A DNA stretch of 64,000 bases, from positions 30,300 to 94,299 of the IMG/VR virus record IMGVR_UViG_3300036766_000876. One strand, 5' to 3'. A program made the translations under genes and the position numbers. The notes under the pieces were generated by a model that was not told where the DNA came from, did no database searches, and saw only the letters and a list, made by a program, of their open reading frames with translations. Below, piece after piece: positions 1 to 9,787 of this stretch; position 1 is the stretch's first letter, and the number at the start of each line of letters is the position of its first letter. This DNA comes from a virus.

Positions 1-630
1 GTTGGAAGCGACGCCCATTGCCTTCTGGGCCGCCTCCAGCCGCGTGACGATGACGTCGTACTGTGGTGCCTCGAAGTACAGGACGATCTGCTTGATTTCC
101 GCCGCCAAGAACTTGGGGAGGAGCTCGTCGGGCGAGGCACCAACGACCGGAGCCGTCGCGGCTGCGACCTCCCTGTCAAGGGCGTCGAGGTCCGTCTGCT
201 GGAAGCCCGTGCCGAGGAGTGTGGATGTGTCCGAGAGGTCGCGCAGGATGTCGGCCAGCCCCGCCTCGTCCCACCCACCAATCTCCACCAGGCGGTTCGA
301 GGTCAGCAAGTACGCCTCTGCCTCCGCCACGTCCTTGAAGGCGACGCCCCGCACCACAGGGACCATCCAGTCCTGGCCCTTCATGGCGATGCGCGCTGGT
401 GGCGTCTTCCCTGCGGCCTTCCGTCGCTGGAGCGCCTCCAGCCGCCCGTGGCCGGCCACCAGCTTCCCGGACTTCTCATCCAGGATGAGAGGCTCTGTGA
501 AGCCGAAGCGTTCAAGGCTCGCGTCGATTCCAGGCTCGTCGTGCTTCTTGGGGTTGCGCGGCCAGCGCTGAACCTCCGCCAGTGGGACGTACTCGACGCG
601 GTAGCCCTTCTCTGCCTGCTTCTCGGTCAT
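1..630 (-). CDS. ParB/Srx-like N-terminal domain protein (runs off the window edge)
   Basis: Not in the ORF track. Manual translation from ATG at 630 (GGAGG RBS upstream) gives MTEKQAEKGYRVEYVPLAEVQRWPRNPKKHD...SLERFGFTEPLILDEKSGKLVAGHGRLEAL, with the phage ParBc pattern (NP, FGF..P, AGHGR). Confidence 0.8.
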   Translation of the reverse strand, partial: MTEKQAEKGYRVEYVPLAEVQRWPRNPKKHDEPGIDASLERFGFTEPLILDEKSGKLVAGHGRLEALQRRKAAGKTPPARIAMKGQDWMVPVVRGVAFKDVAEAEAYLLTSNRLVEIGGWDEAGLADILRDLSDTSTLLGTGFQQTDLDALDREVAAATAPVVGASPDELLPKFLAAEIKQIVLYFEAPQYDVIVTRLEAAQKAMGVASN

Positions 631-655
631 CACGGCCTCCATGTGTCAAACCACC

Positions 656-967
656 CTAGCCCCGCTTCGACCGCGCTCCAAGCATCCGCGCGGCCTGTGC
701 AGAACGAATCCGACGAGAGCGCTCCCGGTACACAGAAGCCCACTCGCTCCATGCCTCGACGGAGCGCACCGCGTACCACCAGCCGCCGCGGCGCCCAAGC
801 GGCTTCATGTCGAAGACACCGGCCCGCTTGGCGCTCATGAAGGCGCTGGGGCTGAGGATGCCGTACGGCCAACCAACCCAGTGGATGTAATCCCGGAACT
901 CCCCATCCACGAGCGGTGGCCGATCCGGAACGGAGTCTCCTGTTGCCCTCCGGTCAAGCTCAGCCAC
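656..967 (-). CDS. hypothetical protein
   Basis: 103 aa ORF filling the gap between the SbcC-like and ParB-like genes on the operon strand. Confidence 0.5.
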   Translation of the reverse strand: MAELDRRATGDSVPDRPPLVDGEFRDYIHWVGWPYGILSPSAFMSAKRAGVFDMKPLGRRGGWWYAVRSVEAWSEWASVYRERSRRIRSAQAARMLGARSKRG

Positions 968-976
968 TGGGGAGCC

Positions 977-2593
977 TCACGAGACTCTCCCCGCCTCCAC
1001 CTTCCAGCGGAGCGCAGCGGGTGCCCTGGCAGCGAGGGACTCGTTGTGCGTGATGAGGACGACGGCCCTGTCCTTGGCGAGCTCCGCCAGGACATCCACA
1101 ACCGCCTCGATGCCATCGTCGTCGAGGGCGTCCATCACCTCGTCGAGGAAGAGCGTTCCCCGGCCGGCGAAGGCGAGGAGGAGGGCGAGGTCTATCCGCC
1201 GCCGCTCCCCACCGCTGCTTGCCTTGTAGCCCTCGCCACCGCCAGCCCCAAGGACGGTGATGCCGATGGCGTCAGAGAGGCCTCCGGCCTTCCTCTCGCT
1301 GTAGGGCTTGAGCTCAAGCCGCAGCCCCGGCCCGGCCAGCCGGGCCAACCACCCATTCGCGGCCGCCTCAAGCCCGGAGAGCAGCCGGGTGAGCATCCCT
1401 GCGCGCGCGCCACGCAGGCCAAGGGCAGCTTCAGCCGCAGTGAGTATCGTTGCCTCTCGGCGCAGCGAGGGCAGCTCCTGCTCAACCTCCTGCCGCAGTG
1501 CCTCCGCCTTTTGCTGCTCCGCAGCGGCCCTGGCGAGCGTGTCCTCCGCCGTCTTCCGGCTTCGCCCGGCCTGCTCCGCCGCCCCGGCCTCCCGGCTGGC
1601 CGCAGCTTCCCTCTCACGCAGACGGGAGAGCGTCTTCTCGTCGTCCGAGAGCTGCACCGCGAGGGCCTCCAATTCCCCGGCCTTCGCTTCCCTCGCGCCC
1701 TTGGCGGCCGCCTCTGCTGCCAAGGCGTCCTGCTCCAGCCGGGTGCGCGCAGCCACGTCTACCGGGAGGGTCTGTCCGCACTCGCCGCAGGTTGCCCCGG
1801 GCTTCGACAGCCGTCCAAGCCGGTGGCGGACGTTGACGGCCTCCTGTCGGTGGACAGACTCCGCTGAGGCGAGCTCCTGCTGCTCCTTGCGCAGGTCCTT
1901 GAGCGAGGCCTCGGTGGTGCGTACGGAATGTCTGAGGTTGGCCAGCACCGTCCCATGACCACCAAGCGGTGGCGCTGGTGGGAGTGCCGCCAGAGTGCGC
2001 TCAGCGTCCTCCCGCCGAGTACCGTGGAGCTCCGCCTCGCGCTGGAGCATTTGCGCGCGCCCGGTGGATGCGTCCAAGCGGGTCTGCACACCGCGAAGCT
2101 CCGCACGACAGCGTTCCAGCGCGGCGTCGAAGCGCCCGAGGCCCAGCCACGCCTCCAGGAAGAGCTTGCGCTCCTTGTCCGTCGCCATGGTGAAGTGCGC
2201 CGCGTCCGCGCTGCTGAAGACGTGGGTGCGCCGCCAGGACTCGAAGCCGCCAATGACGGCCTCCAGCGCGTCCTGGGCCTTCGTGGTTGTCGGGTACTCG
2301 GTGCCGCGCCCCTCTGGGTCCGTCCATGAGAGCTTGGCTGAGCCGCTCTTGCGGATCCGCTCCGCGGTGGCCGCATCCGTCTCCAGCCTCACGCAGCAGG
2401 GCTTCTTCCCATCCCCGCCTGGATGTGTCCCCCGGAGCGTCTCACCGAAGGCCCCCCAGGCAACCGCCTCTGGGATGCTGGACTTGCCGCCGCCGTTAGG
2501 CCCCGTGACGACAACAAGGCCGCGCTCCGGGAAGTCGAGCACCGTGTCCTCGTGCTTGGTGAAGCCATCCAGCTCGACGCGGCTCACGTTCAC
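977..2593 (-). CDS. SbcC/Rad50-like (T4 gp46-like) recombination ATPase
   Basis: Walker A GPNGGGKS, coiled coil with central CGEC zinc hook, signature SSGGE, Walker B FLDE, ITH. Probable GTG start at 2593 overlaps the tmk stop (GTGA). Confidence 0.9.
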   Translation of the reverse strand: MNVSRVELDGFTKHEDTVLDFPERGLVVVTGPNGGGKSSIPEAVAWGAFGETLRGTHPGGDGKKPCCVRLETDAATAERIRKSGSAKLSWTDPEGRGTEYPTTTKAQDALEAVIGGFESWRRTHVFSSADAAHFTMATDKERKLFLEAWLGLGRFDAALERCRAELRGVQTRLDASTGRAQMLQREAELHGTRREDAERTLAALPPAPPLGGHGTVLANLRHSVRTTEASLKDLRKEQQELASAESVHRQEAVNVRHRLGRLSKPGATCGECGQTLPVDVAARTRLEQDALAAEAAAKGAREAKAGELEALAVQLSDDEKTLSRLREREAAASREAGAAEQAGRSRKTAEDTLARAAAEQQKAEALRQEVEQELPSLRREATILTAAEAALGLRGARAGMLTRLLSGLEAAANGWLARLAGPGLRLELKPYSERKAGGLSDAIGITVLGAGGGEGYKASSGGERRRIDLALLLAFAGRGTLFLDEVMDALDDDGIEAVVDVLAELAKDRAVVLITHNESLAARAPAALRWKVEAGRVS

Positions 2594-3237
2594 GTCGTCC
2601 TCCGCTCCTTCCAGGCGGCCACGGCGGAGGCAATCTCGTGCGTCACTTCCTCCAAGCCCGTCTTGGACACGATGACCCACCTGTCCGGGGAGCCCTCGTG
2701 GGCCATCTGCTTCCAAAGCTCCCGGTAGTTGTTGGCCACCTGCCAAAGGTGTTCCGCGTTCCGCTCGTACCTGTCACGCGCCTCAGGCCGGCGCTTCGCC
2801 AGGAGCTCTGGAGTGCTGTCGAGGAGGATGAACAAGTCGGGCTGTGGCAGCCACCTGTGGAGCCCGATGAGGTACTCGCCGTCGAGCCCATCGGCCTTGC
2901 CATAGGCGTAGCCGGAGGGCCAGTAGCGGTCCATCACCACGTTGCCAGCGGCGGCATCCTCGAAGAGCTGGCTCGCCACCTCCATCCTGTTGGCCACCTG
3001 GAGCGCCTGGAAGACGAGGGCGTCGATGTGCTTCTCGCGCGCAACGTCGATGCCCTTCTGCACGTCGTCCTCGCTGTGCGTGGACCACGTCCCTGCCAGG
3101 TGCTCGTAGATGAGCTTCCCCGTCGGGCTGTCCTTGTTGGGGAACTTCCACAGCTTCGCCCGGAGCCGGCCCGCCAGGATCGCGCACTGCGTCGTCTTGC
3201 CGGACCCGTCCAGCCCCTCGATGCAAACGATTGCCAT
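2590..3237 (-). CDS. tmk: thymidylate (dTMP) kinase
   Basis: IEGLDGSGKTTQ P-loop, FP, DRY..S..AYG, PQPDL motifs. Confidence 0.9.
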   Translation of the reverse strand: MAIVCIEGLDGSGKTTQCAILAGRLRAKLWKFPNKDSPTGKLIYEHLAGTWSTHSEDDVQKGIDVAREKHIDALVFQALQVANRMEVASQLFEDAAAGNVVMDRYWPSGYAYGKADGLDGEYLIGLHRWLPQPDLFILLDSTPELLAKRRPEARDRYERNAEHLWQVANNYRELWKQMAHEGSPDRWVIVSKTGLEEVTHEIASAVAAWKERRTT

Positions 3238-3253
3238 GAACCTCTCCTTGCCC

Positions 3254-3622
3254 TCAGCGGGGCGTTTTTTCCCAGACAGCGACCGGAGCCCCGTGCCGCG
3301 AGCCCCTCGTGGTGGCGACGAAGCGCCCCGTCTTCCGGATGGTCCGCTCCTTGGCTATGGCCTGCATCACACCGCCGAGTGCCCGCGGTTCCGGAGGCGG
3401 CGCCAGGCCGGTAGCCCAGACATCGTCTGCCGTGAAGCCGCCCGGCCGGTTGGCTGCGACACCGAGGATGGCCGCTCTTGCTGCGAGCTCCCAGCCAGTT
3501 GGGGCAGCCGCCAGGGCCCTCTGCGCGGCACGCCTACCGAGCACTCTGCTGTGCTCGCGCTCCTCGTTGGCGAGCTTGGCAGCCTCTTCGATGAGGGTGA
3601 GCGTTCCCTGGTTCCCCATCAC
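3254..3622 (-). CDS. hypothetical protein (possible winged helix)
   Basis: 122 aa, coupled to the SbcD-like stop; FTADDVW...RALGGVM pattern. Confidence 0.6.
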   Translation of the reverse strand: MMGNQGTLTLIEEAAKLANEEREHSRVLGRRAAQRALAAAPTGWELAARAAILGVAANRPGGFTADDVWATGLAPPPEPRALGGVMQAIAKERTIRKTGRFVATTRGSRHGAPVAVWEKTPR

Positions 3623-4728
3623 GGAGCGCCTCCAGCCATGAAGGAGCGCACCTTGGCGAGTACGTCCTGGCGGAGCTCCGGATCCTCCAGTGGCATCTGC
3701 CCGACATAGGCCGCCAGGGCGGCATCGACCGTCGTCGCCTCCCGGGCCGCGCCAGACGCCTGGCTCATAGCCACCTTGGCCTCCGTAGCATCAGGGATGA
3801 GCTCGACAACGACGTCCTCCTCGACCAGTGCGGCCCCCTCCGCCCTGGCCTCCACCTCCTCCGATGGCTCGAACGTCCTCCGCATGTACGGCTGGCAGCC
3901 CTTGGACAACGCCCGCCGGGCCTCCACGGCGTTGGAGACGAAGCGCGGCCCGGGAACGGGGATGACCTCCACGTCCCCGGCAGACCAGCCCTTCCGCGAG
4001 CCATCGTGGAGGAACGCCATGGTGCCGTACCCGAGGCCCGGATTGTTCCACCCAGTGGGAGCGAGGCACCCCACTTGGCAGACTGTCAGCCCGCCCTCCT
4101 CCCACAGCTTGGGCTCGTGCCAGTTGCCGGCGAAGGCGTGGGTGAAGCCGTGCGCGTGCATCAGCTCCCGGAGGGCGTCAACGTGGATGCTGTCATGGGC
4201 ACCCTGGAGCCACGGAGGCGTGCTCCCGTCCTGGATGCCGAGGTGGACCACCAGCACCCTGCGCTCGTACTTGAAGTCCTTGGCGGCTGCCGCAACGACG
4301 CGGGGGAGCCACTCGCTGGCGGGCCCCGGCTTGAACGGGATGGCGAGCAGGCTCAGCCCGTCGTCCTGGAAGAGCGCTGGCGAGTCAGACACATCCGCCA
4401 CGGGCAGCAGCGGAGCCAGGGAGTTGTCCCCCCGTACCTCGGAGGTCATCTCATGGTTGCCGAGGAGCGCCACCACGTCGATGTTGGACTTCGCGGCCGC
4501 CTCGAAGATGTGCTGCGCCTCCCGGATGAGCTGGGGCTCCGGCTTGGCGGAGTCGAACAGGTCCCCGCACGAGACGAGGGTGTCGCACTTCCGGTCCTGC
4601 GCCTCCATCACCGCCCTGGTGAGGGCGCCGAGCACGAGCCGCCCACGCCGGTTGACTCCGCGCTCCATGGCGCCGCCGTGCTGCTTGGGAGAGCCGAGGT
4701 GTACGTCGCTCACGAAGGCGATCGTCAC
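3619..4728 (-). CDS. SbcD/Mre11-like (T4 gp47-like) metallophosphoesterase nuclease
   Basis: SDVHLG, GDLFD, GNHE and GNWH motifs. GTG start at 4728 overlaps the recA stop. Confidence 0.88.
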   Translation of the reverse strand: MTIAFVSDVHLGSPKQHGGAMERGVNRRGRLVLGALTRAVMEAQDRKCDTLVSCGDLFDSAKPEPQLIREAQHIFEAAAKSNIDVVALLGNHEMTSEVRGDNSLAPLLPVADVSDSPALFQDDGLSLLAIPFKPGPASEWLPRVVAAAAKDFKYERRVLVVHLGIQDGSTPPWLQGAHDSIHVDALRELMHAHGFTHAFAGNWHEPKLWEEGGLTVCQVGCLAPTGWNNPGLGYGTMAFLHDGSRKGWSAGDVEVIPVPGPRFVSNAVEARRALSKGCQPYMRRTFEPSEEVEARAEGAALVEEDVVVELIPDATEAKVAMSQASGAAREATTVDAALAAYVGQMPLEDPELRQDVLAKVRSFMAGGAP

Positions 4729-5705
4729 TTGGCGGCCTTCGCCTTCTTGGGCTTCTCGCCACCCAGGCGCTCTGCCGCCTCGCTCACCGTTGGCGAGGGC
4801 CAACCAAGCGCCAGGTACGCAGCCTCCGAGCTCCTGGTGGCGTCCGGGACGAGCTTGAGGTCCTTGGCGTGGTTGAGCGTCGTCCAGGAGTCGTCCCACC
4901 CATTCTGGAAGTGCAGGAAGGAGAGCATCTCCCGGCCCGGCTCACCCAGCTTGTTCTTGTGACACTTCACCTTCACCTCCAGGCCTCCGTCGCGCCGCTT
5001 GACGCCGGCTGTCCGCAGGCGCGCCGTGGCGTAGAACTTGAGCGCCTTCCCACCAGGCGTGTACTCGGGCGAGCCCCACATCACGCCCGGCTTCTCCCGA
5101 ATCTGGTTCACGAAGATGACATGCGCGTGCTTCCCCTTGAGGGCCTTCACCAGTCGCGGGATGAACTTCGACATCACCCGCGCCATTGGGCTCATGTGCG
5201 CGTCCTCCACATCGCTCTTGCCCTCCGCCTCCGTCACCATGGCCGGCACGGAGTCGTAGACGGCGAGGAGCGGGACGTCGTTCTTGTGGGCGTCCACCGT
5301 GTCGAGGAGGAGCTGGAACGCCTCCTCCGCGGAGTCGATGTCAGACGCCATCAGCAGCTCCTCCTTGTTGACGCCGAGGACGTCGCACCGCTCCTGGGTG
5401 CAGGCGTTCTCCACGTCGATGTAGAGCCCGATGCCGGCCCGCTGGACCTCCGCCAGGCAGCCCATGACGAGGGAGCTCTTCCCGGAGGACTCCGGCCCGA
5501 AAATCTCGCTCATCCGCTCGAAGGCGAAGCCACCCGGCCCGAGGACGTAGTGGTTGAGAGCAGAGAGCGGCGACGGCACAGCCCCAAGGACGTGGCCGAT
5601 GTTCCCCTTGGCCATCGTGGTGAGCGAGTCCCCGTGCTTCTTCCCAACACGCTCCAGGATGCGCTCCAGCGCCTTCAGCTTCGCGGACTGCTTGTCGTCG
5701 GCCAC
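4725..5705 (-). CDS. recA: RecA-family recombinase
   Basis: EIFGPESSGKS, YIDVENA, YDSVPA, FVNQIR, TPGGKALKFYA, KNK motifs. Confidence 0.93.
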   Translation of the reverse strand: MADDKQSAKLKALERILERVGKKHGDSLTTMAKGNIGHVLGAVPSPLSALNHYVLGPGGFAFERMSEIFGPESSGKSSLVMGCLAEVQRAGIGLYIDVENACTQERCDVLGVNKEELLMASDIDSAEEAFQLLLDTVDAHKNDVPLLAVYDSVPAMVTEAEGKSDVEDAHMSPMARVMSKFIPRLVKALKGKHAHVIFVNQIREKPGVMWGSPEYTPGGKALKFYATARLRTAGVKRRDGGLEVKVKCHKNKLGEPGREMLSFLHFQNGWDDSWTTLNHAKDLKLVPDATRSSEAAYLALGWPSPTVSEAAERLGGEKPKKAKAAK

Positions 5706-5804
5706 GTTGGCTCCGTTTCATGTGTCAAAGATGGAAGTGGGCGTGCTCTCCGCCCTGTCACGCCTCGTCCGGCCCGCTGCCGGTCGGCGTTCACCGGCCG
5801 TGCT

Positions 5805-6587
5805 TCAGTACTCGATGTCTTCCTTGTCCTGAGCCTTGGGCGTCACATCCCGCTCCTGGCGGCCTCTGCCACCTGAGCCGGAGCGCTTGTTGTCGCCCCC
5901 ACCGCGGGCCTCGAACTCCCCTTCGAGAGCCTTGTCCTGCTCCTCGTCGGAGGGAAGCTGCTCGACCGTCTCCAGGTCTACCTGGCTGCCGATGAGCTCC
6001 TCCGCGTTGGGGAGGGCGCTGGCCTCGCGAGCGACCGTGTGGCCGGTGTACTTGGTGTTCATCTTCTCACCAGTACGCTTGAAGACGACGTTGTAGCCCT
6101 TCACCGGGTCCGCGAAGACACTCCCCACGTCGGCCATCTCGATGGCCGCCATGATGTCCTTGAACAGCCCCGGGCTCATCTTCCAGACCTGCACGCCCTT
6201 CTCGGGCTCCTGCATGTCCACCACGTTGACGTACATCGAAGAGCGCGGCTGGTACGCCTTGGCCGCCTCCGCGTCCGCCCGATTCCCACTGGCGCGGAGC
6301 TGCTGCCCCTTCTCGCACAGCGGGCACGGCTGGTTGGTCTGGAACTTGGCGCAGACGAGGGCCTTCGTGTCACCGCCCGCCGTGAAGAAGTGCTTGTGCC
6401 ACGCCTTCATCGGCTTCCGGCCCTTGAGCGGGGGGAGGAAGCGCACGACGTTCTTCCCCTGCTTCGGGGTGAAGCCCGAGGCGAAGCTTGTTGGGAGCGC
6501 CTCCGCCTCCTTCTGCATCTCCGACAGGTCGAAGCTGCCGTACTGCACCAACTGCGAGCCCTGCTTCTTCTCAATCTCGTTGCCCAT
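5805..6587 (-). CDS. ssDNA-binding protein (T4 gp32-like)
   Basis: VRFLPP, H, C..CPLC zinc ligands, YVNVV, DPVKGYNV..KRTG, acidic tail; ATG at 6587. Confidence 0.8.
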   Translation of the reverse strand: MGNEIEKKQGSQLVQYGSFDLSEMQKEAEALPTSFASGFTPKQGKNVVRFLPPLKGRKPMKAWHKHFFTAGGDTKALVCAKFQTNQPCPLCEKGQQLRASGNRADAEAAKAYQPRSSMYVNVVDMQEPEKGVQVWKMSPGLFKDIMAAIEMADVGSVFADPVKGYNVVFKRTGEKMNTKYTGHTVAREASALPNAEELIGSQVDLETVEQLPSDEEQDKALEGEFEARGGGDNKRSGSGGRGRQERDVTPKAQDKEDIEY

Positions 6588-6676
6588 CGTGTCACCTCTG
6601 GTTGCGGCTCCTTGCCATCGCGCCTTGCGGAAGTCCGCCGTGCGCCCCGGCTCGTCGCCTGGTTGTACGTCTGCTG

Positions 6677-7147
6677 CTACTCCCCAACTCCTCTGCCCTC
6701 CCTGTTGCGGAGCGCTGAGCGCTCCCGGAGCTGAACGTCGCCTTGCATCTCCTGGCGCTGAGTCGCGCCCTCGGAGACGAGCATCTCCCGCTTGGTCCGC
6801 AGCGACTCCAGGATGCCCCGGAGGTGCTCGCGCTCCGCCTGCGCCTCGATGAGCGCCAGGTGCGCCTCGTCGTAGGCCGGATCCATCGTCACCAGCGCGT
6901 CCACTGCTGCCTCCGTGGGGGGCTTCTTCCCCTCCGGGGCCTCCTTGTGCTTCAGGTAGAGGCCGGCGCGACACTTCTTCTCGTCGCGCTCCCGCATGAG
7001 CATCACCCTGTTGGCCGCGGAGTACTTCTCGTTCCAGTAGGCGTAGTCGCCCGACATGCGGGCGAACTCCTCGTGGAGCTGTGTTGGCTCGAAGTCAACG
7101 CACTGCTTGAGGAAGTCGCTCACCTCTACGTCACCGATGTTCGCCAT
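6677..7147 (-). CDS. UvsY-like recombination mediator
   Basis: 156 aa helical protein (KPPTEAAVDALVTMDPAY) lying between the polymerase and SSB genes. Confidence 0.55.
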   Translation of the reverse strand: MANIGDVEVSDFLKQCVDFEPTQLHEEFARMSGDYAYWNEKYSAANRVMLMRERDEKKCRAGLYLKHKEAPEGKKPPTEAAVDALVTMDPAYDEAHLALIEAQAEREHLRGILESLRTKREMLVSEGATQRQEMQGDVQLRERSALRNREGRGVGE

Positions 7148-7175
7148 GCTCCCAACCTTTCTTGTCCACCCTCTA

Positions 7176-7201
7176 CTTGCCCCATGGGACTGACATTTTC
7201 C
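7176..7201 (-). promoter_or_regulatory. putative phage promoter GGAAAA-N13-GGGCAAG (copy 1)
   Basis: Exact motif in the intergenic gap upstream of the UvsY-like gene. Confidence 0.65.
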
Positions 7202-9787
7202 CTACAGCTTCACCTTCTCCAGGCTCCCCCAGGACGCCCCCATCTCGACGTCCACCTCCAGGGGCACGAAGTCGGTGGCCCAAGGGAAGTTGAGCATCTC
7301 GTGGCGAGCGGCCAGCGCGGCGTCCTTCCACGTCTTCTTGGGAGCCACCAGCATGATGCTGTCGTGGATGGGGAGCACGAGCTCCGCGTCGATGGCCCCG
7401 GCCTCGATTCGGCTCACCACGCGGGCGATGGAGGCGACGCAGAAGTCGCTGGAGGTGCCCTGGATGGGGCTGTTGATGGCGCCGTTCTTGGCATTGGAGG
7501 CCGCGTACCGCCCCTCGTCGCTGTCGTCCCCGATCCGCCACAGCGGCCGCCACCGGGCCTTCTGGCCCTCCCAGATTGTCCAGCAGCCGCCCGCGGCCCG
7601 AGCGAAGGACACAGCCTCCCTCGTCCAGCGGCCGTACGCCTTGAACTCCCCGAAGATGGCCGCACGAATGGCCGCCGCCCTGTGCTCGTCGATGCCGAGC
7701 TCCGCGGCCAGGGAGCGGTCCGTCTTCCCGTAGGCGATGCCAAAGTTGTACGCCTTGGCGCCTGTGCGGTGGACCTTCGTCACCTGCTCCGGCTCGATGT
7801 TCCAGGCGAGCTTGCAGATGAGCTTCGCTGTGCCGAGGTGGAAATCCACGCCTGACTTGAACAGCGCGGCCATGGCCTCGTCCCGGCTGAGGAGCGCCGC
7901 AATCCGGAGCTCTAGCTGGCTGTAGTCGAGCTGGACGAGGACCTTCCCATGCGGCGCGCGGAAGCAGTCCCGGGCCCGCTTGCCGTCCGCGTCGTCCGCC
8001 CGTGGCAGGTTCTGGAGGTTGGGATTGCTGCACGACGTCCTTCCAGACCGCGCCCCGTCCAGGTGGATGCTGGGGCGGATCCTCCCGTCGTCGTCAACGT
8101 ACCGCGGCCAGTCGTCGGAGTAGCCCACGAGCTTCTGGTGGTGGCGGTACTCCAGGATGTACCCAGGGAGCGGGTGTTGCCCCTTGAGGAGGCTGAGCGC
8201 CTCCTCCCCAGTGCTCGGCGCCCCGCCCTCCGTCTTGAATGGCGGGTTGAGCCCGAGCTCGTCATACAGCACGCGCGCAAGCTGCTGCGGGCTGTCCACG
8301 TTGAGCGTCGTTCCACCAAGCGCGTACTGCTGCACCTTGTCGAAGGCCTCGTCGCGCGCCTGGCGAGCCATGTCCCCGAACAGGAGGCCCGCCTGCGCGT
8401 CGAAGGGCACACCCCACTCCTCCACGCGCTGGATGGCGACTGCCGCCGGCATCACGACGTTGTCGAGAATGGCCTGGCGCTCGGGGCTCCGCATCACCTC
8501 CAGGCTCAACCTCGACTCGATGCGCGCCGTGGAGAGCGCGTCCCGCGCGGCGTACCGCTGGCGGAGCTCCGGCTGGAGGAAGGCGAAGGCGATGGCCTTG
8601 GGGTTGGGGGCGTACTTGGCGATGTCGAAGCCCTGCCACTCCTCCAGGTCGATGTCGTTGAGGAAGCTGAACGAGCCTGTCCTCGCGGCGGCATCCTTTG
8701 CCTGCTGGGCGGCAGCCGTGGCGATGCGCAGACACACTGCGTCGAGCGCCTCGTCCGCCTCCCGCTTGTGGCCGCCCATCCCAACGAGCTCAGCCATGTC
8801 TGCCAGGTTGCCCGTCGCCTCCGGGTCCATCAGCTTCCGCTTCAGCCGCACATCGAAGGAGATGCCCCTCACGATGCAGCCGAGAGCCGACTTGAGCGCT
8901 GCCTGATCCACCTTGACGTTGGCCCCGCCCTTGGGCGCGCTGGCGTCCTCCAACAGGGAACGGAGAGGCGCGAACACGGCGGCATCGAGGAGCGCCTTCT
9001 CGCCCCAGACGAAGACTTCCTGTCCGCCAACAGGGGCCGCGGAGAGCTCCAGCAACTTGAAGTCGGGCCCCCACTTGCTCCCTGCGTACTCCAGGTCGAA
9101 CGCGAAGGAGTCCGCCGCCTTCAGGACACCAACAGCGGAGGCGCTGTCCTCCGGCGTCTCCACAACGGCTGCCTCCGCTGAGAGGTGCCACGGCTGCTGG
9201 ACGGCCGCCTTGAGCGCCCACCGGAGGTCCTCCTCGAAGTACTTCCACAGGAAGCGGTTGTGCCCACAGTCGCGTGGGTGGAGCACAAAGAAGACCGGCA
9301 CCGGCCTCCCGTCGTTCCACAGCCAGGTGTACGTCTTCCGCGCGTTGAGGGGCTGCACCCTGCGGCCCACAAAGGAGAGCGCCGCCTCCGCCCCGAGGAG
9401 GACGACGCGATCCGGCTGCGTCTCCCTCAGCGTCTCCGCCAGGTGGCTCCGGCACGCCAGGATGTCACGGTCCGTCGTCTCCACCTTGCCGAGGCACCGG
9501 ATGCCGCTGTCCAAGACGATGCCACCGTCCCACCAGCGGCGTACCAACGGGCGGAGCTTCGCGCTCGCGGCCCCAACGAACGGCCGCCCCTCCATGTCCT
9601 CCGCCCTACCCGGACGGTCCCCTACGACAAGGAGCTTTGGCCCCTCGGCAGGGAACACCTCCGGCATGAGCACCCGCTTGCGCCCGTCCGACTGAGCGCA
9701 GCGGTTGCAATCCTGGCCAACCTGGCGTGGCGTGGCGAGCTCGACCGCGAGGCGCGGTGGCGTCGGGTAGAGCTTGATGCGCCGCAC
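7202..9787 (-). CDS. polA: family A DNA polymerase with N-terminal family-4 UDG-like domain and 3'-5' exonuclease
   Basis: UDG part: CNRC, VGDRPG, GRPFVG, VLHP. Exo motifs: FDLEY, NVKVD, YAARD. Pol motifs: SGRTSCSNPNLQN, DYSQLELR, KAYNFGIAYG, NSPIQG, IHDS. Confidence 0.93.
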   Translation of the reverse strand: MRRIKLYPTPPRLAVELATPRQVGQDCNRCAQSDGRKRVLMPEVFPAEGPKLLVVGDRPGRAEDMEGRPFVGAASAKLRPLVRRWWDGGIVLDSGIRCLGKVETTDRDILACRSHLAETLRETQPDRVVLLGAEAALSFVGRRVQPLNARKTYTWLWNDGRPVPVFFVLHPRDCGHNRFLWKYFEEDLRWALKAAVQQPWHLSAEAAVVETPEDSASAVGVLKAADSFAFDLEYAGSKWGPDFKLLELSAAPVGGQEVFVWGEKALLDAAVFAPLRSLLEDASAPKGGANVKVDQAALKSALGCIVRGISFDVRLKRKLMDPEATGNLADMAELVGMGGHKREADEALDAVCLRIATAAAQQAKDAAARTGSFSFLNDIDLEEWQGFDIAKYAPNPKAIAFAFLQPELRQRYAARDALSTARIESRLSLEVMRSPERQAILDNVVMPAAVAIQRVEEWGVPFDAQAGLLFGDMARQARDEAFDKVQQYALGGTTLNVDSPQQLARVLYDELGLNPPFKTEGGAPSTGEEALSLLKGQHPLPGYILEYRHHQKLVGYSDDWPRYVDDDGRIRPSIHLDGARSGRTSCSNPNLQNLPRADDADGKRARDCFRAPHGKVLVQLDYSQLELRIAALLSRDEAMAALFKSGVDFHLGTAKLICKLAWNIEPEQVTKVHRTGAKAYNFGIAYGKTDRSLAAELGIDEHRAAAIRAAIFGEFKAYGRWTREAVSFARAAGGCWTIWEGQKARWRPLWRIGDDSDEGRYAASNAKNGAINSPIQGTSSDFCVASIARVVSRIEAGAIDAELVLPIHDSIMLVAPKKTWKDAALAARHEMLNFPWATDFVPLEVDVEMGASWGSLEKVKL

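Noticed and set aside
630-872. 80 aa ORF overlapping the ParB-like start
   Set aside because: Overlaps the more protein-like 656-967 ORF in another frame, and the ParB-like gene has its own RBS.
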